Assembly: GCA_013239625.1 (NCBI GenBank)
Contig: MU053934.1
Coordinates: 8,887,352-8,951,351 of the forward strand
Reading direction: 5' to 3'
DNA length: 64,000 bases
Source of the DNA: Lama guanicoe
Taxonomy: Eukaryota
Part shown: one piece after another, positions 47,201 to 59,000 of the stretch
Numbering within the stretch: position 1 is the first letter of the stretch
Layout of the letters: each line of letters begins with the position of its first letter
Position numbers and translations under genes: made by a program
Notes under the pieces: generated by a model
The model's database searches: none
Told to the model about the DNA's origin: nothing
The model's input: only the letters and a program-made list of their open reading frames with translations

Positions 47201-50200
47201 GGACCCTGGCCGCTGAGTGGATTTGACAGCTGGCCGGGGCTGAAGGCCTGCTGGACTTGTGACCTGTGACTCTGTCCCTAAGGACACTTGCACTTAGTTT
47301 TTTGAGGTACTTCTGTTAGGCGAGGGCAGCACACCAGCAATGACAGCCCTGATGGTGACAGTCCCGTGTGCCCAGCTGGCTCAGGCGGCTCCCACAGATG
47401 CCCCGGGAGGCGGAGAGGAGAGGGCGGGAGCCGGCCCCCGGCCCCCGGTCCCCAGGATGCGAGCGCGGGCTCCCCTGGGCGGGCCTCTCCTGCAGCCCCC
47501 CGCCCGGAGCCGAGCGGCCGAGGAGGAGGCGCCTGGAGCCTCGGCTGTGCTGACTGTCTTCTTTCTTCTCCAGATGCCGAGCGAGTGGACAGCACCACGC
47601 TGCTGGGTAAGGCCGACCGATTGTACCAGCCTGTTTCTGGCCGACACGCGTCTCTGGCTTCCTGCCATCGTTTATAAAGTCACAGAAGTGTTTCTCACGT
47701 TAAATTCTTAGCCCGTGTTGTGTGCAGGCAGCCCCACCAGCAATGGAAATAGCAGTGGTGGTCCCGCCACAAGGAAGGGGCTAACAGTGCAGCCCTTCGG
47801 CCGGGAGGCAGCTGTCAAACGTGGGCCAGCTGCTGGCGCCTGAGAGTAACCGCCTGTCCTAGAACCCGGAGTTAGTCGCTGGGGTCAGAACGAGACGCTG
47901 CTCGTGTCATACCATTTGGTCTAAGATGGAGTAATTTTTGACCCATCCCCTTCAGAGATTTTAACTGCAAAGTTTTTAGCATTCTTGTAAAATTTTCTGT
48001 TTATTACTTGTTTGGAACACGAGTATCCTTCTGGGCTCGACTCTGCCCGTTTATTGACGAGCTGGGACCGAGCTCAGCGGCTGCTGCGCCCGCCTGGGGT
48101 GAACCTGGCGCAGGTCTCCCCACGTCGGCCCGTCAGTTGGGTTGGCGGGGGCCTCTGTGCCCCGGGTCCCCGCGGGCCCCAGCAGAGCTGCAGACGGGAA
48201 ACGCCGTAGTGCCGGGTGGGCTTCCGTTTAGGAATTTCAACAGTTGTCCTCAGCCTTCCGTTTCTACCTTATGTCCTTGTGAAAGGTCACATTTATTATA
48301 GTTGCTTTCTCTGACTCCAGAACCATCCATTTCTTTTGAAAAAAGCAGTAACTTGATAGACATCTGTCACACATGGCAGGGATTATTTGGTTAGTGTGTC
48401 AGTAAAATCAGATTTAGAGACTGGATCTCAGAGGGTAGATTCTAAAATAGATAAGCTTTTTTTTTTTAATTTTCAAAAAATTTTTAATTGAAGTATAGTT
48501 GCTTAGTTGCTGTATAGTATCATATAAGTTACAGGTATATAATATGCTTCACAATTTTTTGAAGGTTATGCTCCATTTATAGTTATTATAAAATATCGAC
48601 TGTTTTCCCTGTGTTGTACAATATATCCTTGTAGCTTATTTTATACCTAATAGTTTATATCTCTTAATCTGTTACCCCTATATCGTCCCTCCCCCCTTCC
48701 CCTCTCTCCTCTGGTAAATGCTAGTTTGTTCTCTGTATCTGTGAGTCTGCTGCTTTTTTGTTCTATTTTTTGGATTCTACATATAAATGATACTCAGTAT
48801 TTGTCTTTCTCTGTCTGACTTATTTTACTTGGTATAATGCCCTCCAAGTCCATCCATGTTGCTGTAAATGGCAACATTTTCATTTTTCTTTTTTATGGCT
48901 GAGTAGTATTCCGTTGTGTATACATTACACACACCACATCTTTATCCAGTCATCTGTTAATGGACATTTAGGTCGCTTTCATATCTTGGCAATTGTAAAT
49001 AGTGCTGCTGTGAACCCTGAGGTGCATGTGTCTTTTCGAATTAGTGTCTTTGTTTTTTTCAGATATATACCTAGGAGTGGGATTGCTGGGTCATATGGTA
49101 GTTCTGTTTAGTTTGTGGAGAACCCTCCGTACTGTTTTCCATAGCAGCTGCGCTAGTTTACATTCCCCCCAGCAGTGCACAGGGATTCCCATCTCTCCAC
49201 ATCCTCACCAACCCTTGTTATTTGTTTTCTTTTTGATGACAGCCATCCTTAGATAAGCTTTTTAATTAAAGTTTTCACCTTTCAGGTAATGCATGCCAGG
49301 ACTGTGCAAAGAGGAAATTAGAAGAAAATGGAATTGAAGTTTCAAAAAAACCCAGACAATCAGATACTGGTACAGTGTCCTTTCTTTCCGGGGGGACCTA
49401 GTGCAGCGGGCCTTGTTTGTGGGGTGTCCTCAGTTCCAGTGCTCCGCTTCAAAGCCCCTTGGTGGAGGGGGCAATGCGTATGTCACTCCAGCCGCCCAGA
49501 GGTATCCACCAAAAGGTGTCTGTTAAAGTTAGCATGTTGTTGAAGAAAGACACACAGAAAAAGCACACAAATTGTAAGGTCAGCCCAGTGAATTTTCACA
49601 AAGCGATACCCCCACGTAGTCACCTCCAGTTCAAGAAACGGAACGTTGTCGGAGCCTCGCTGCCCCCATCCCCCATCGCTTTTCAGTCGCTCCCTCACTG
49701 CCCTGGGGTGAGCACCATCTTGACTTATGTCACCGTAGTCTCCAGGGAAAACCACTGAGTCATTTTTTTGTTAACCTCTTATCACTGAATTAGATTTATT
49801 TGAATATTTAAATCTTGATTTAAATATTGATTTAAACTGTGCATTTAAATAGACAACCTCTGTTGACCCTAGGAAAGGCGACCTGGCTCACTCATACTGT
49901 CTCCTGCCAGGTTTCGGGAGTCTAGTTTCTGTTGTTTAACTAGCGCACTTGCTGACGTTATTGTGACTTCCCCGTGAGAAGCCTAGGCTGCCATGGGCTC
50001 CAGGACTGAAGGGGGATACGCCCTCTGGGCCGTCTGTAGGTTGGCACTAAAAGTTGGGAAACAAAAGCAATTACTTAAGAAACAGGGAGGAAGCAGTCTT
50101 TCCTGGTCAGCGCGCCCGCGGGCCGCGCCCCTGGGCCCGGGCCCCGGCTGCTGCGCTAGCGGAGGGGTCGTGATACCGAGGTCCCGCGTTTCCTTACATT

Positions 50201-52454
50201 CCATTAGCTCTGCTCCCGTTTTTGACTGTTGCCTACTGGTGGTGGTTGGGTTGCTTTTTTTTTTTGTTGTTGTTGAGGCATTTCTGGATTCCTTTTTCCT
50301 CCTATGGTCCAAAAAAACACATTTCATGGTATTTTTAAACATGCACTTTCTCTCAGTCACCCTGCCCCTCATTTCCCGAGTCATCCTCTGCCCACCTGCT
50401 CGTTCTGGGCGGTGCGCACCTGTCGCCCTGGAGCGCCCTCCTCGCCCTCCTGGACCACCGTGTGGGTCTGTCTTCTCCCCGCCCGCACCCCCTCTGCTGG
50501 CCTGTCCCCCAGGAGCCCCCTCGGCCCCGCGCAGGGCCTGCAGCTCCCCGGGGGCTGCTCGTCGCCTGTGGTGCGGGAGCCGCCATTCCGATCCCCCCTT
50601 GGAGCTCTGCCATCTTGGGTGTCCGCGTGTCCTGTGGAAGAGGGTCTGCGGCTCAGGCTGCTGTGGTTTGTAGGTGAACTGTCGCTTCCCTTTCTGGAAG
50701 CTTTTAGGATCTTCCTTGATGTTTAGACATTTCATGAGGACGTCTGTAGGTGGAAACCCTTTTGATGTCCCTTGCTCAGGTTTTTTTGCCCCCTCCGGCT
50801 GTCTTCTCTGTTCCCTCTTCCTGGAACCGTGTTAGTTAGGACCTCCTAGGTTGGCTTCTGCTGTGTTCTGTTTTCTCTAATATCTGAATTTTCATTTTGT
50901 CTTTTTTTCCCAAAAACTTTCTGGGAGATTCTCAAAATCATATTCTACTTCTTGGGTTAAATTTTGAGTGTTATTGTTAACTTCTGAGAGCTCTTGTTTT
51001 CTGACCTAGTCTCTCTCGTAGCATCTGTTGTTTTATGAGGAAGGTATCTTTTCGGATTTCCTGGTTGTCTGACTGCTCCATTTCTGAAAACGTTAGGATA
51101 GAGGGTTTCCAGATAACTGGCTTTATTTTCTGTTAGATAAGAAAACCGCGGTACAACACTCTCAAGCACCTGCGTAACAGTCCACCCCGCGCTTCTGAGA
51201 GCTGCGAAGCCCTCACCACGCTGTTACTGACGTGCTTCATGTCTAAGCTGGCTCCTCAGCGGGTGCTGGGGCAGCGCTGCGGCACGCGCTTCCTCCTGCA
51301 CCGCAAGGAACGTGTGCTGTCGAAACAGCCTGTTACAAATGCAGAGACTCGTACCAGACCTTAGTCAAGTAAAGCAAACATGGCAGGTTTTTAAGTGGCT
51401 GCTGGCAGTGCGCTGTGGCCTGAGTCAGGACTGGTGGCGGGAGGGGATGGCTGAGGTGGTGGAGGTGAGCGTGCTGGTGGCTGCTCCCTGGCTGCGGCTG
51501 ACTCCGCAACCCCTCCCTCAGATTCGTACGTCAGTGCACGTATCTTCAGAGGGAGTTCCATTTTGATGGTATTTTGGATAAAATTCTTTGAAGTCTCTTA
51601 GCAAATATTTGGATTGTGAATTCAGCCGGTAGGAACATCTATAGCTAAATAAAAAGCTAAAGCTAGAGTTCGCTGAGTTGTCCCTGCAGGACCAGGGGCT
51701 CTTTCCCGTTAGCCTCTGCCCTGTTCCTTGTGCCCGCACGCCTGGGCTCCTCCGCGGCCTGCTGATCTGAGCAGCGGGCCCGGGTGACGGTTCTCTGTCC
51801 AGAGCGTGGATCATTGCTGCGTGTATGTAGCTTTTCTCCCCCTGGGGCGACCCATGGGTGGTGGTATCAGGCAGCAGAGCTCACTGCCTGCTGGACTTTG
51901 CTCCAGAGCAGTGGTCAGGCCAGTCAGCGGGGACCCCCTGGAGGCCAGCACCCACACCAGCAGCCTCCTCCCCAGGGAGCTCTGGCTTCAAAGCCCTCTA
52001 AGGCCACTTTCTTCCAGAAAGCTTTGTTCCGTTCTGCACGCAGAGGAGAGACCCGAGGTCATCTTCCCAGTGCTGCTGGCCGTTCTTGCTGGCAGGAGAG
52101 CTCAGAGCGCGTGGCAGGCTCCCACCTGCAGGCAGGCCCATTGCGCACACGCCCTGACCTCCATCCTTCTCTCCACTTCCCTGGGCTCCCGTTGTATGTG
52201 TGAGATTTCCAGAGCTTTGCAGATCTAATGTCATAATTTACTTTGTCCCCTGATGGTATTTATAATTCACAGGCTATTTCTAGACGGTGGCTACTGTTTC
52301 CATTATGGAGGTGTGTTCAAAGTCTTTAGTACATGAGGAAAACTATAACCAGTTTTTGAAGTAGAAATCCCACTGCAAATACTTTTTAAAGATCCAGTTA
52401 ATGTTTTGGTTTTCCTTTCCGTTTCTTTAAACAGATGATGCTGGAGGGTCTTGA
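38190..52454 (+). CDS. FAM118A: FAM118A, SIR2-like domain protein: join(38190-38236,39036-39288,42529-42750,44495-44623,45644-45929,47574-47606,49286-49369,52435-52454)
   Basis: 47+253+222+129+286+33+84+20=1074 nt gives 357 aa plus TGA, with GT-AG introns. Protein [45 protein letters not shown]...DTDDAGGS. Motifs GTGVS, TTNYD, HIHG and FVGCG. Confidence 0.96.
39036..39288 (+). CDS. FAM118A: FAM118A exon 3
   Basis: Tandem acceptor AAGTAG|, [23 protein letters not shown]...IRKMSP, donor CCT|GTAAGT. Confidence 0.95.
42247..42360 (+). mobile_element. tRNA-derived SINE (vic-1-like)
   Basis: ggggaggggacagctcagtggtagagtgcgtgcttagcacgcacgaggtcctggtttcaaccc plus tail. Confidence 0.85.
42529..42750 (+). 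CDS. FAM118A: FAM118A exon 4
   Basis: ctccgtag|, [13 protein letters not shown]...[10 protein letters not shown]...KDKTK, donor |GTACGG. Confidence 0.95.
43068..43189 (-). mobile_element. Short L1 3' insertion with 14-bp TSD
   Basis: TTAAGCTGTTTTTA at 43054-43067 and 43190-43203. Confidence 0.75.
44495..44623 (+). CDS. FAM118A: FAM118A exon 5
   Basis: ccggcag|, [23 protein letters not shown]...PEVM, donor |GTACGC. Confidence 0.95.
45644..45929 (+). CDS. FAM118A: FAM118A exon 6
   Basis: tttcacag|, [23 protein letters not shown]...QQRSP, donor G|GTACAG. Confidence 0.95.
47574..47606 (+). CDS. FAM118A: FAM118A exon 7 (33-nt micro-exon)
   Basis: Long polypyrimidine tract then cag|, (D)[10 protein letters not shown], donor G|GTAAGG. 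Confidence 0.9.
48462..49249 (-). mobile_element. Truncated L1 with 14-bp TSD
   Basis: TAGATAAGCTTTTT at 48448-48461 and 49250-49263. Antisense ORF2 end plus 3' UTR and T-run. Confidence 0.88.
49286..49369 (+). CDS. FAM118A: FAM118A exon 8
   Basis: cctttcag|, (G)[27 protein letters not shown], donor G|GTACAG. Confidence 0.92.
50280..51070 (-). mobile_element. Ancient L1/HAL1 ORF1-like remnant
   Basis: Minus strand gaagatcctaaaagcttccagaaagggaagcgacagttcacctacaaa reads [20 protein letters not shown] across a frame change, typical of ORF1p. Confidence 0.5.
52435..52454 (+). CDS. FAM118A: FAM118A terminal exon, coding part
   Basis: ctttaaacag|, (D)DAGGS then TGA. Confidence 0.9.
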
Positions 52455-53555
52455 AATCTTTAAAACCAATAAAACTGCAACTTGAAAACCAGCCTTCTGT
52501 AACCACAGTGCCGTCCCATACGATGAAGAATGTCAGAGAACTCCACCCGGGATCTCCGTCCTAAACCGTCGAGCATCCCAGAAGAGCCCAGGGGTGCGTG
52601 GCGCTCGGGCGCTGGGTGAGAGCCCCGCCGTGTGTGCTGACTGCTCAGGCGGTGACGCGCACACACGCCAGGTGTCCTTTGTGAGGATGGATGGACGCCT
52701 ACCTCAGGGACCACACTGGCGGGCAGGGAGGCCTGCTACTCCCGACTCCCCTTTGACCTGCCCTCTGTCAGGTGGCTTTTTCTGATGAAAGGGGGAGAGT
52801 GAAGACTGTCCAAGCAACAGGAGTTGCCAAAGAGAAAATAGGAAGTTTGACACTTAAATTTTATAATTTTTATGTGGAAACATCTGTTACTGTAGGAAAA
52901 AAGTTAGAAGTCTATTTGTTGCATTGTTAAATAGTAAAAGCGGACGGACCCTGGGGGCACTGACTGCTGGCGAGGGTTGGGTGTTTGAAGAATGGCTAGC
53001 CCTGTGCGGCCCCTTTGGGGTTACATGACTTCAGTAACTTCGCTTCTGAAGAATGGCAGGTCTGATGCTGCCGAGCAGTGAAGTGGTGAGGAGCCAGAGG
53101 GCCTTTCCAAAAGTGCGTTTCGTGGTGGGTAGCTGAGAAGTTACACGTGGGCACAAGACTAAGTTTGAAACTTCTAGTTAAGTTCTAAGCTTTCCAAGTC
53201 TTTATTGTATGAGGTAAGTCCAGCCTTTCTGTTCCTGTCTCTTAAAACCCTCGCCCCCGGCCCACGTTAAAGGGTGTGCATGCAGCGCAGCAGGGCCTGT
53301 GACACGGCGATGCTGTCGGGCTTCCCTGGGGCAGACGGCGCCCGGGCGGTGGCTCTGGAACCCGGCACAGGCCCTGCTTGGGCTGTTTCAAGGCTGCCTA
53401 TTTTGTCGCTCCTCTGGGTTTAGAGAAAGTGAAGAACAAGAAACGCGAGGTTGCAATGTGCAGGGAACGAGAGAGAAGCCAGAGACCTGCTTAAGACCTT
53501 TTGTTTCTTTCCTTTTTGAAGCATGGAGAACAAATCTTTCGTTACTCTGGTCAGA

Positions 53556-53561
53556 AATAAA
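53556..53561 (+). terminator. Candidate distal FAM118A poly(A) signal
   Basis: AATAAA about 1.1 kb after the stop, followed by T-rich sequence. Confidence 0.5.
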
Positions 53562-55024
53562 ATTTTATCATCAACTCTGCTCAACTTTTCTTTAGCCGTG
53601 ATACGGCATGGTATGTATTTAATGAGAAATTTTACCTTGAGTTGCCGTTTGGTTGTGAAATTGATTACTTGAGTATGTTTAAGTATTTTAAAAAGCCAAC
53701 ATTTTAAGTTCACTTAAAAAAGAAAGACACACGAAGTGCAATGAGGGCAGGCTATCTGAATCTGAAAGTTGAGCAGACACAGGGTATAGCAGCACTGCAG
53801 CATGGGAAGTGACGGGGAACAGGACACAGAACTGGGAAAGTGGAGCCAGTTCCAGACATGCTGTGAGTCTCGAGACTGGAGGCCTTCTTGCTGTAATGAA
53901 CGGACATATCTAGTCAGTTCTGCTGTTTGTTCTTTCAAAATGCAAATTTATTTCAACATGATTGACGTATTAGAAACAATCTGAATATAACTCATTTGCT
54001 TATGTATAATTTTGTCTGAGAAAACCAGGTGAGGGAGCGACTAAGTATGGCCTTGTTTGTTTTCTGTCTCAACCTAGAATAGTTCTGACATTTTCAGGTG
54101 GTTTTATTTTAATTAGTTATGCAGGTACCTATACAGTGAGCCTCCTTGCTGCCTCAACAAAGCCTGAAATACTCTCTGATCCTTAAAAGGAGTTTGTCGC
54201 ACCTGCTCTGGGCGAAAGCGGGAGCACAGCCGGCTGCCCAGAACTGGGGGGGGGGCTCCACCACCCGCCCTTAGACCCCCACCGGCTCCCTCCGACACCC
54301 TCCCCCCCACTTGACCACAGCAGCGTGCTTCACCCAGTGGGTGAGCTCACATGCCAACTTCAGGGTGTTTCCTGAGATGAAGTGCCATATTTGCTACAGT
54401 ATCTGTGTTTCTTAACCGTTTAACATGTGTAAAGCCAGCTATGTACTAGGGTCCTGTCTTCCTTTTTCAGTACGGTGCCCCCACCCCGTGTTTCCCATCA
54501 CCCGTGCTCTCCATCGTGTGCTGCTGCGTAGCACGGGGTTTTCAGGAGTGTGGGTGGACCGCGTCAGAACAGGGATCCTACTTTGAAGATCACCGACAGT
54601 CCATGAGTCCAGGTTAGGAGAGAACAGCCCCAGCAAAGAAGAGGGTCTATGCTGAGCTCACTTGGCACCAAACGGACAGCTCAGTGTCAAGCTGGTGTCT
54701 TTCAAGGCAGAGGGAGGCGGTGATGTAGATGTATTACAAGCACTGAAAAAGGACAAATACAGTGGCTTCTGCTATTAAAGTTCTTAGAGATCAGCTGGAG
54801 GAGGCCAGGGAGCAAGGTTTTTGTGACTTAGTCTGTTTCTTAGGCACAGAGCGCGTGAAATAATGAGTGTCGTTCAGACTGCTTCAGGAGGCGCTCCTCG
54901 GTCAGCACTTGGGCCCAGATAGTCTTAAGTTCAGAGCAACCAGCTCCCTAGAATTTTTTAATTTTGAAATGGGAATGAAGTACTATTGAAAACTCTGCAA
55001 CTTTTTTCCTACCCCAAACAATGT

Positions 55025-55340
55025 ATAGTGGGCCCCCTGTATCCCTGGGTTCTGTATCTGGAGAGTCAACCAACCTCAGATTAAAAATAGCTGATGGGAA
55101 AAAAAGGATTCTAGAAAGTTCCAAAAGCACTACTTGAATCTTCTGTATATCGGCAACTATTTACACAGCATTTACATTGTACTAGGTATTATAACGTAGA
55201 GATGACTTAAAATATGGGGAGGATGTGCACAGGTTATATGCAGACACTACCATTTATATAATGGATTTGAGCATCCTTGGATTTTGGTCTCTGTGGGGAA
55301 TCCCGGAACCCAGTCCCCACAGATGACAAGGGATGACTGT
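55025..55340 (+). mobile_element. MER2/MER2B-like Tigger DNA transposon
   Basis: Degenerate terminal inverted repeats (tagtgggccccctgtatcc ... gatgacaagggatgactg) and internal gcatttacattgtactaggtattataa, aggttatatgcagacactac. Confidence 0.8.
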
Positions 55341-55511
55341 GTTTAAGTAGAAAAGTCAGTTGTCACTTGGGAAAGCCTGTCTTCAGTGTTTACTTTTTAA
55401 CAAATTATATTTAGAAAAATGTAGATTGCATTGAAACAGATACAATTCAATTTCACCTTAATTTTTAGTTTCTAAAAGTTATAGATTGTAGGCAGTTGAA
55501 ATTAGAATACT

Positions 55512-55517
55512 TTTATT
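55512..55517 (-). terminator. SMC1B polyadenylation signal
   Basis: TTTATT on + is AATAAA on -, about 470 nt past the stop. Confidence 0.7.
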
Positions 55518-55984
55518 GGTATTTTCAATACTGACTTCAGTTCCTCTGATATAATTTTCCATATAACACAGGTTCAACAACCTATAACTAATATATTTAG
55601 AAACCAAGAGTTTCCCTTGAAGATTACCTAACGTACAAGGCGAGATCAGTGAGATGATGCAGGAGTCAAAGACTGCCTGCCTGGCTTTCGAAATGGAAGG
55701 TAAAACTATGGTACAAAACTACCTTTTTTTTTTTAAACTCATTAAAGCTAACTTGTGTAGGAAACCCCGCCTACTGAATACTCTGACTACAGTGAGCGGT
55801 AGCACCTTCGGGAGGTAACGGTTGGGCTTCTCATGTGGCACACGAGCCGAGTAGCCGCGCAGCCCCGGGAGCCTGTTACTCAAGCAGCAGGACCGCGCAG
55901 GGAGCGCCGCGCAGCGCTCGGCCTGACCTGTCTGACCTCACTCTCAGCTGCCAGCCACTCACTGGCACTCCGCGTCCTAACGTC

Positions 55985-56086
55985 CTAACGGGGCTCAGGC
56001 TGTCTTCTGCTGCTTTCTCTGCCTTCAGTGTCTGGATACTGAGAAAGATCTAGGCTCAGAACTTGGCTGAACATGCAGTCATCATG
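55985..56086 (-). CDS. SMC1B: SMC1B terminal exon, coding part
   Basis: catttcag|, [33 protein letters not shown] then TAG. Confidence 0.93.
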   Translation of the reverse strand, partial: HDDCMFSQVLSLDLSQYPDTEGRESSRRQPEPR

Positions 56087-59000
56087 CTGAAATGGGAGAG
56101 AAGACAGTTAAAAGTCAGTGCCTTTACTTAGGGAAAAAAGTGCTATCAAATGTAAAATAAGGGCCATTAGTGGGTCTAGATTTGCATTTAAAAAGGAACC
56201 TCTTTATAGCCACCTAAAAAGGTACCACTCGTCCACACTTACATCAGATTGATTTATGTCTTGTATTAGCTAGTAAAGGGTACCAGAACATGCCACCCAA
56301 AATATGCCTCTTGCTCGTGGATTATTTTGAGCTAGAGGCTCCTGAGAAGCAGCAGATGAGGACAGGCTCCACCAACTAGGCACAAGCTCCCTGCAGGAAA
56401 GGGAGCTCACATTTATGTGAGAGGGGACACCCTCTTCACTCCTCATCAATGGAGAAGGCACCTAGCTGAATCTGCAGAGCGAACCCGATCGAACAACCTC
56501 ATTTACCATACTTTCCCTAGTCACCTTCTCACCACTTGCCTATTACCCAGAAACCTCTTCTCATTTTAGCCTAAGGTGGTGGGAGTACAGGCCCAGTTCT
56601 GGCCCCCCTGCGGTTACTCATCGCTGGGCGTGCCCACGTGTACGTGGGTGATGCACGCGCTAATAAACTGCTTTGCTCTCGTTACTCTGTCTTTCGTGCG
56701 TCTAATTTACAGGGTTCTCAGCCAAAGAACCTGAAATGGGTAGAAAAAGATTTTATTTCTGTCTACACTGGTAACGAGAATTTCCATTTCTCTCCTGCAG
56801 AATATTTCCAGTGACTCCTTGACATTAATTAGGCACAGGAAGGGAAATTAATATTTATCTTAGCTTAAAGGAAAACTTGGGAAGTGAAACCTGATTGTCC
56901 ACGAACTGAAGGATTTGAATGAGAGGCTCTGCCCCACTAGCTCAGGTGAGTATTTGAACAGCTTTTCAGAAAGGTGGGTTTGAATTCTAGAAGTTACTCT
57001 ACGACTTGGAACTGTAGTCAGTTTCCTTTCCCCTCTGGTACTTTTGGAGGCTAAATGGTTCCTTGTTGGCTCTACCACATGCATTTGTTTTTGCCTAAAG
57101 CATTCAGACACTACAGAAATAAATACAATATCGAGGGCTTACTCTGTAAGTTAACGGGTACTATTATTTTACAAACAAAACTATCATACTTAACTGTTCT
57201 GCAATTTTTCAGTTTGTTTTTTCACTTAAAATATATCTTAAATCTCTGTGTACTGCCATAATAGTTACTTTTAAATCTTATTTGATTAAAAAATCATTTA
57301 AGCCTATGTTCATCAACTGCAGAAATCAAACAGCATCTAGATTCCATCAGGAACCTGTAATTGTGCTGTGAGGGCACCACGAAGGTGGTTTTACTCCTCT
57401 GCCCCTTTACTTCTGTTTACCTCTGGATAGATGCCTATCAGTGCATCAGCTTTGGAATAGAACTCCTCTTTGAGGGAGATGATTATCATCTGAAACTGTT
57501 CCTGAGCCTGCTCTTTGATGTAACTTGATACCTGGGAGGAAACAGAAAGCACGCATTTCATCAGTAAGGAAAAGCCCTGTTCCTGGGCTCTGAGGTCAGC
57601 GATTCTGCACGTCTCTGAACCTGCCCTTTTAGATCACGAGGCACGTACTCCCCCTTCTGGTAATTCAGTAAACCCGCTATAACTGCAGAAATGGAAATAG
57701 CTCAGATTCCAAAATAAGAGGTTAGTGAAAAATATAAACCTCACTAAATCTATGATTGAAAACCTGAAGACTGTTTTTAAGAATAAAGCTCTAACTTAAG
57801 GTACTATTGTGACTATGCAATCAACCTTCTACAACAAGGTAGAACAAAAATTACCACTCAGGTACTTTATGAGGGTAAAGAAGGGGTGGTACTTAAAACT
57901 CCCTATATTGCCAACTTAAAGCCTCAAGGTGGGAGAAATATGGCAATTATATATGTATTCATCATCTGCAGTCAAGTCTCTGGGTTAGAGGGAAACTCAT
58001 GGCTGCTTCAGGAGGTTGAATTCTAAGGAATGAGAATAAAAACAAAATAGACTGGACAGAAACAGGTCTTGGTGAACAAACTACTCAGAACCTGGAGAAT
58101 GATAAAGAATAACCTAAACTCAAACCACAGTTTTATAAGATACTTGCCAGCTGCCTGGATCTCTCTGCAAGCCCAGAGAGTCTTCTTCACGTGTAGGGGT
58201 CCTGACTACACTAAGAACACAAGTTTGGAAGCAGGAACAGCAGCGTTGGTTGAGGAATGAGTCACTAGCTGAGGCGAATGATGAGAGGAGGGAAACTGCT
58301 TTGGGCTAAAAGGCTGAGTTCACAGACAGAAGGAACTCCAGCGTTAGAATCGATGGTAGCCACAGAGGACTTTAAAGTCTTGATATGGATGGGGTGCAAG
58401 CAGTAAGGCATGCATGTTGCTAGCAGAGTTGCCTGTAACAAACGTTGGGCGCCCTGATGACAAGAGGGAGTGGAGCGCCCTCACAGCTGCTCATGCCATG
58501 TAACTGCTCGAACTCAAGTCGGCAGTGGGTACCAGGATGTAAATCTCAAAGGGAAAGTGGAAATCAAGAGGTTTTCAATATATATGATTTGTGCCAATGG
58601 AAAAGAGTCTTAAGTAAGATCTATTACCTGAAGATGCCACTAACACAAACATCTAAATTTAGTAGAAGACAGGGATACCTTAAATGCTACCAAGAGAAGG
58701 GTGGTCCACAGTGATGGATCCCCACCTCCACCCAACAAAGACACAAAGGAAACGGGGAAAAAGTGCTAAAATTAACCTAAGGGGAACTTTCTCCCAAATG
58801 AGTCAGGCTATGGGGCCCAGTTAGCTGATGCAGACTGGCTGGCATTCGAGAGAGACAAATCGAGGTTTTTTGTTCTGCTGTCCTTTTCCCCAGTTACCCT
58901 GGAGTCTGGGAGGTCACAGAATGTGGTTCTTGTCTGTTCTCTACAAGACTCAGGACTTTTCTAACTTTTGTGGGTGTGGCTTCTCACGTATACTGCGACG

